From assembly GCA_001563335.1 (NCBI GenBank), contig LRSL01000074.1:1-17315 (forward strand): a stretch of 17,315 bases of DNA. The letters are read 5' to 3'. The notes beneath the pieces were generated by a model. The model searched no databases. It had not been told where the DNA came from and saw nothing but the letters and a program-made list of their open reading frames with translations. This document shows, piece after piece, positions 14,911-17,315 of this stretch; positions within the stretch are counted from its first letter, which is position 1; every line of letters starts with the position of its first letter. The translations under genes and the position numbers were made by a program. Origin of the DNA: Candidatus Thorarchaeota archaeon SMTZ1-45 (lineage in GTDB: Archaea > Asgardarchaeota > Thorarchaeia > Thorarchaeales > Thorarchaeaceae).

Positions 14911-15822
14911 TCATATAATAATGATGACCATAAGTACTCCAATAATTGTGAGAATTGTACCAATTGCTACACGTTTATTTACATCTTCATCGAGATAAAT
15001 CGCAGAAAGTGGAGCAGTAAACATTGGGGCTGAGGCTACAACTAATGAAGTCACAGTAGCTCCCACAAATTTGACTGCAAAACTATATGCCACCAAACTT
15101 AATCCTAATCCAACAATTCCTATTACCATAGCGAATGAAACTGCTCGTTTACTTGGAATTGATCTTTCACCTCTAAATGAGTAGAGGAAAACTGGTACAA
15201 GTATCAAAGAAGCGGCAAGTATTCGATAGAAGTTAGCTTCTGCAGGTGCCACTCCTATTAGACCGAACTGAAAAATCACATCACTAAGAGCCCAGCAGAC
15301 CAAGACAAGAAATACAAAAACCAAACCAATCCTTAGTTCATATTCATTCCAACGATTACGGTTTCTTACTCCGCTCTGTTCTGCTCGAGCTATCATAATC
15401 ACTCCAAACACTACAATAATTGCACCCAAGACTCTTTGCGGAATGACTGGTTCATTCAGAAACAACGCTGCTAACAAATAAACCAAAAGGGGATAGCTCA
15501 TAGCGATGGGAAATGCTCGAGCTACGCCAATTCTCTCTTGGCTATAGAAATACATTCCATCTCCAATAACGATGCCAATAACCATAGAAAGAATGAGTGG
15601 GAATAGTGATTCGATAGGTACAGTGAATATGAATGATCCTGACGCAGTAACTGCAAAGATGTACGCAACTGGAAGACTTACCCACATTCGTGTGTACATA
15701 ATGTCCATGACACTTATGTCCTCACTCATTTTCTTGTAGAGGATATTAGTCATTCCAAAGAAAAGCATCGCCAATAAAGCACTGATCACACCCAATAGAT
15801 AAGGCTCTAGGAATAGTTGCAT
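14911..15822 (-). CDS. EamA/DMT family transporter (about 10 TM, two EamA repeats)
   Basis: Repeated motifs IGVARAFPIAMSYPLLVYLLAALFLNE and VGATVTSLVVASAPMFTAPLSAIYLDE, each followed by GxIxxxxGV. Start is probably ATG 15822 rather than TTG 15870, because a TATA box lies between them. Confidence 0.9.
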   Translation of the reverse strand: MQLFLEPYLLGVISALLAMLFFGMTNILYKKMSEDISVMDIMYTRMWVSLPVAYIFAVTASGSFIFTVPIESLFPLILSMVIGIVIGDGMYFYSQERIGVARAFPIAMSYPLLVYLLAALFLNEPVIPQRVLGAIIVVFGVIMIARAEQSGVRNRNRWNEYELRIGLVFVFLVLVCWALSDVIFQFGLIGVAPAEANFYRILAASLILVPVFLYSFRGERSIPSKRAVSFAMVIGIVGLGLSLVAYSFAVKFVGATVTSLVVASAPMFTAPLSAIYLDEDVNKRVAIGTILTIIGVLMVIIII

Positions 15823-15842
15823 TGGTTTTGAGGACCTAAATC

Positions 15843-15849
15843 TATATAA
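15843..15849 (-). promoter_or_regulatory. Archaeal TATA box, probably driving a leaderless EamA transcript
   Basis: Minus-strand TTATATA ends about 20 nt upstream of ATG 15822, the same spacing as at the 6498 gene. Confidence 0.55.
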
Positions 15850-15992
15850 CATCATGTCTTTTACTGACAAGATAAATGTGACACAAAATTAAAAGCATGA
15901 CAGAAACATCCCTTAGGCTTATCTTCATTTGTGCAAAGAATTAGTCAGATATCATGGAGATCGTTTGAGTTTTATTGATGAGGAGCTTGGAA

Positions 15993-16739
15993 ATGAACAA
16001 ATCTGCATTTATCTTGATTCTACTAATATTACTCATTAGAACCTCAGTTATGCAGGAGGTTCCGACTCCTAATTTTCCAATTGGTTTGACTCTTGAATAT
16101 GAAAACGAAGATGAGTATTTTTCATTGGGGACAATTTATACAATAGAGTCTTTTGAGGTTATGAACTGGCTCACTCCTGATAACAGTAGTTTTCAGGTAA
16201 GATACAATCAAGATGGCTTTACACATCCAGAAATTTGGAATGTGTCTTATCCGGCATGGGATTACTCCTATTATGATGCTGAAATCAATGAAACAATAGA
16301 TGGACACATGTATCCGCTTTGGCTTGATGTGTCAAGCTGGATAATCAATCAGAATGTAAACATAAGCTTTGGAACTTACATTACTCGTTTATACACTATC
16401 AAAGGAACTGAAAGAATTGTGGTTAATGATGTTCCAATTGATTGTTGGAACGCAGAAGTTAAATTCACAGATGCTAACGACTGGGATTATACATTAAGGC
16501 GCTATTATGATATTCAATATGGTGTTTTGATAAAGAGCTATGTGCATCGTTTTCCTGACTTTGATGATTACCAAAACATTGGCACTTTTACTCGTACCCT
16601 CATTTCTAGCAATATTCTACATATACTCAGAGCCCCATCTGCTCAATTTCTTGGGATTAACCTAACAGAATTACTAGTTCTTGGAATAACAATCGAAGTC
16701 ATCATTATTTTTGCAATTCTTGTAAAGAGACAAAAATAG
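15993..16739 (+). CDS. Secreted beta-rich protein with a C-terminal TM anchor, function unknown
   Basis: GAGGAG RBS at 15980-15985; signal MNKSAFILILLILLI; several N-x-S/T sequons; DCW...YYDIQYGVLIK hairpin motif; C-terminal TM plus KRQK. Confidence 0.75.
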   Translation: MNKSAFILILLILLIRTSVMQEVPTPNFPIGLTLEYENEDEYFSLGTIYTIESFEVMNWLTPDNSSFQVRYNQDGFTHPEIWNVSYPAWDYSYYDAEINETIDGHMYPLWLDVSSWIINQNVNISFGTYITRLYTIKGTERIVVNDVPIDCWNAEVKFTDANDWDYTLRRYYDIQYGVLIKSYVHRFPDFDDYQNIGTFTRTLISSNILHILRAPSAQFLGINLTELLVLGITIEVIIIFAILVKRQK

Positions 16740-16898
16740 ACAAACTAATCACTCAATACTCTAGTCTATTCCCCTCTTTCTTATATCTGAAATGGACTTA
16801 ATTTGAAAACGTTTAAGGAAATCGCATAATATCTATCAATATCATAGCTCACTGAGTTTATTTCTTTTCAAACCGAATCTTACTTGAGGCGTTTAGGA

Positions 16899-17315
16899 AT
16901 GCATTGGAGGAAGTTTGGAGTTGGGAAAAAGCTAATCCTTTCTGAGATGTTGATACTCCTAGCTCTTTCAATCTCCCTAGTTTCTCCAGCCTCAGCGTCT
17001 ATTTATCAAGGGAAGAGCGCAGACTTCGAATATTACCATTGCAATGGATATTGGCATACCTATGTAACATTCTCAGTTGAGGAATGGCATTCTAGTACAG
17101 GCATCGCTATAATTCGTGTAATCAATGAAACGACAACACGAGACTACTGGTTAAAGATCCCAGAGTGGTCCATTGTTGACTCTGAAGGGAATATTATTGA
17201 TAGGTGGCCATACTGTCCTATCTGGTTGGATTTATCCCAACTTGAGGATGGTATGGTGTTTGATGATCCTGATTATTGGTTGTATAATTTTACAATTGAT
17301 ATCTTTGGTTCGACT
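16899..17315 (+). CDS. Secreted protein, 3'-truncated by the window edge; divergent paralog of 15993-16739; not in the ORF track
   Basis: Open from ATG 16899 (alternative ATG 16947) to the window end: MHWRKFGVGKKLILSEMLILLALSISLVSPASA-SIYQGKSADFEYY...FSVEEW...IPEW...CPIWLDLSQ. Signal peptide ends in ASA; shares FxVxxW, PxW and P(L/I)WLD(V/L)S with the upstream gene. Confidence 0.75.
   Translation, partial: MHWRKFGVGKKLILSEMLILLALSISLVSPASASIYQGKSADFEYYHCNGYWHTYVTFSVEEWHSSTGIAIIRVINETTTRDYWLKIPEWSIVDSEGNIIDRWPYCPIWLDLSQLEDGMVFDDPDYWLYNFTIDIFGST

Noticed and set aside
10605-16307. Short antisense ORFs (10605, 11523, 11856, 12430, 13513, 14073, 14830, 16122)
   Set aside because: Shadows of real genes. 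The similarity between the 12430 and 13513 ORFs only mirrors the paralogy on the opposite strand.
1-17315. CRISPR array, tRNA/rRNA, transposase or integrase
   Set aside because: No regularly spaced direct repeats, no GC-rich structured RNA segment and no mobile-element motifs were seen; all intergenic gaps are under 200 nt.

Overview
Gene-dense archaeal chromosomal segment, probably from an Asgard archaeon (Thorarchaeota-like). This is inferred from TATA-type promoters, GAGGTG-type RBSs, N-sequon-rich membrane-anchored surface proteins and the Zn-ribbon-rich gene families; there is no marker gene in the window. In order: a 5'-truncated archaeal glycogen debranching enzyme (GH133-like) homolog with a degenerate active site; a ~1190-aa secreted, C-terminally anchored glycoprotein; a minus-strand trio of a rifampin-phosphotransferase/YvkC-like PEP-utilising kinase, an AttH/CrtC-like beta-barrel protein and a histidine-phosphatase homolog lacking its catalytic residues; a C4HC3 (PHD/RING-variant-like) plus Zn-ribbon protein; a small possible gelsolin-like protein; a tandem PRC-barrel protein; two tandem paralogs with membrane anchors and a possible adaptin/coatomer ear-like domain plus Zn ribbon, one of them split by a single in-frame TAA; an EamA/DMT transporter; and two tandem paralogous secreted proteins, the last 3'-truncated. 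No rRNA, tRNA, CRISPR array or mobile element was seen. Best leads: the membrane-tethered ear-like proteins within a cluster of eukaryote-like modules, the kinase/barrel/pseudophosphatase module, and two apparent pseudoenzymes. All family calls come from motif recognition by eye; no searches were run.
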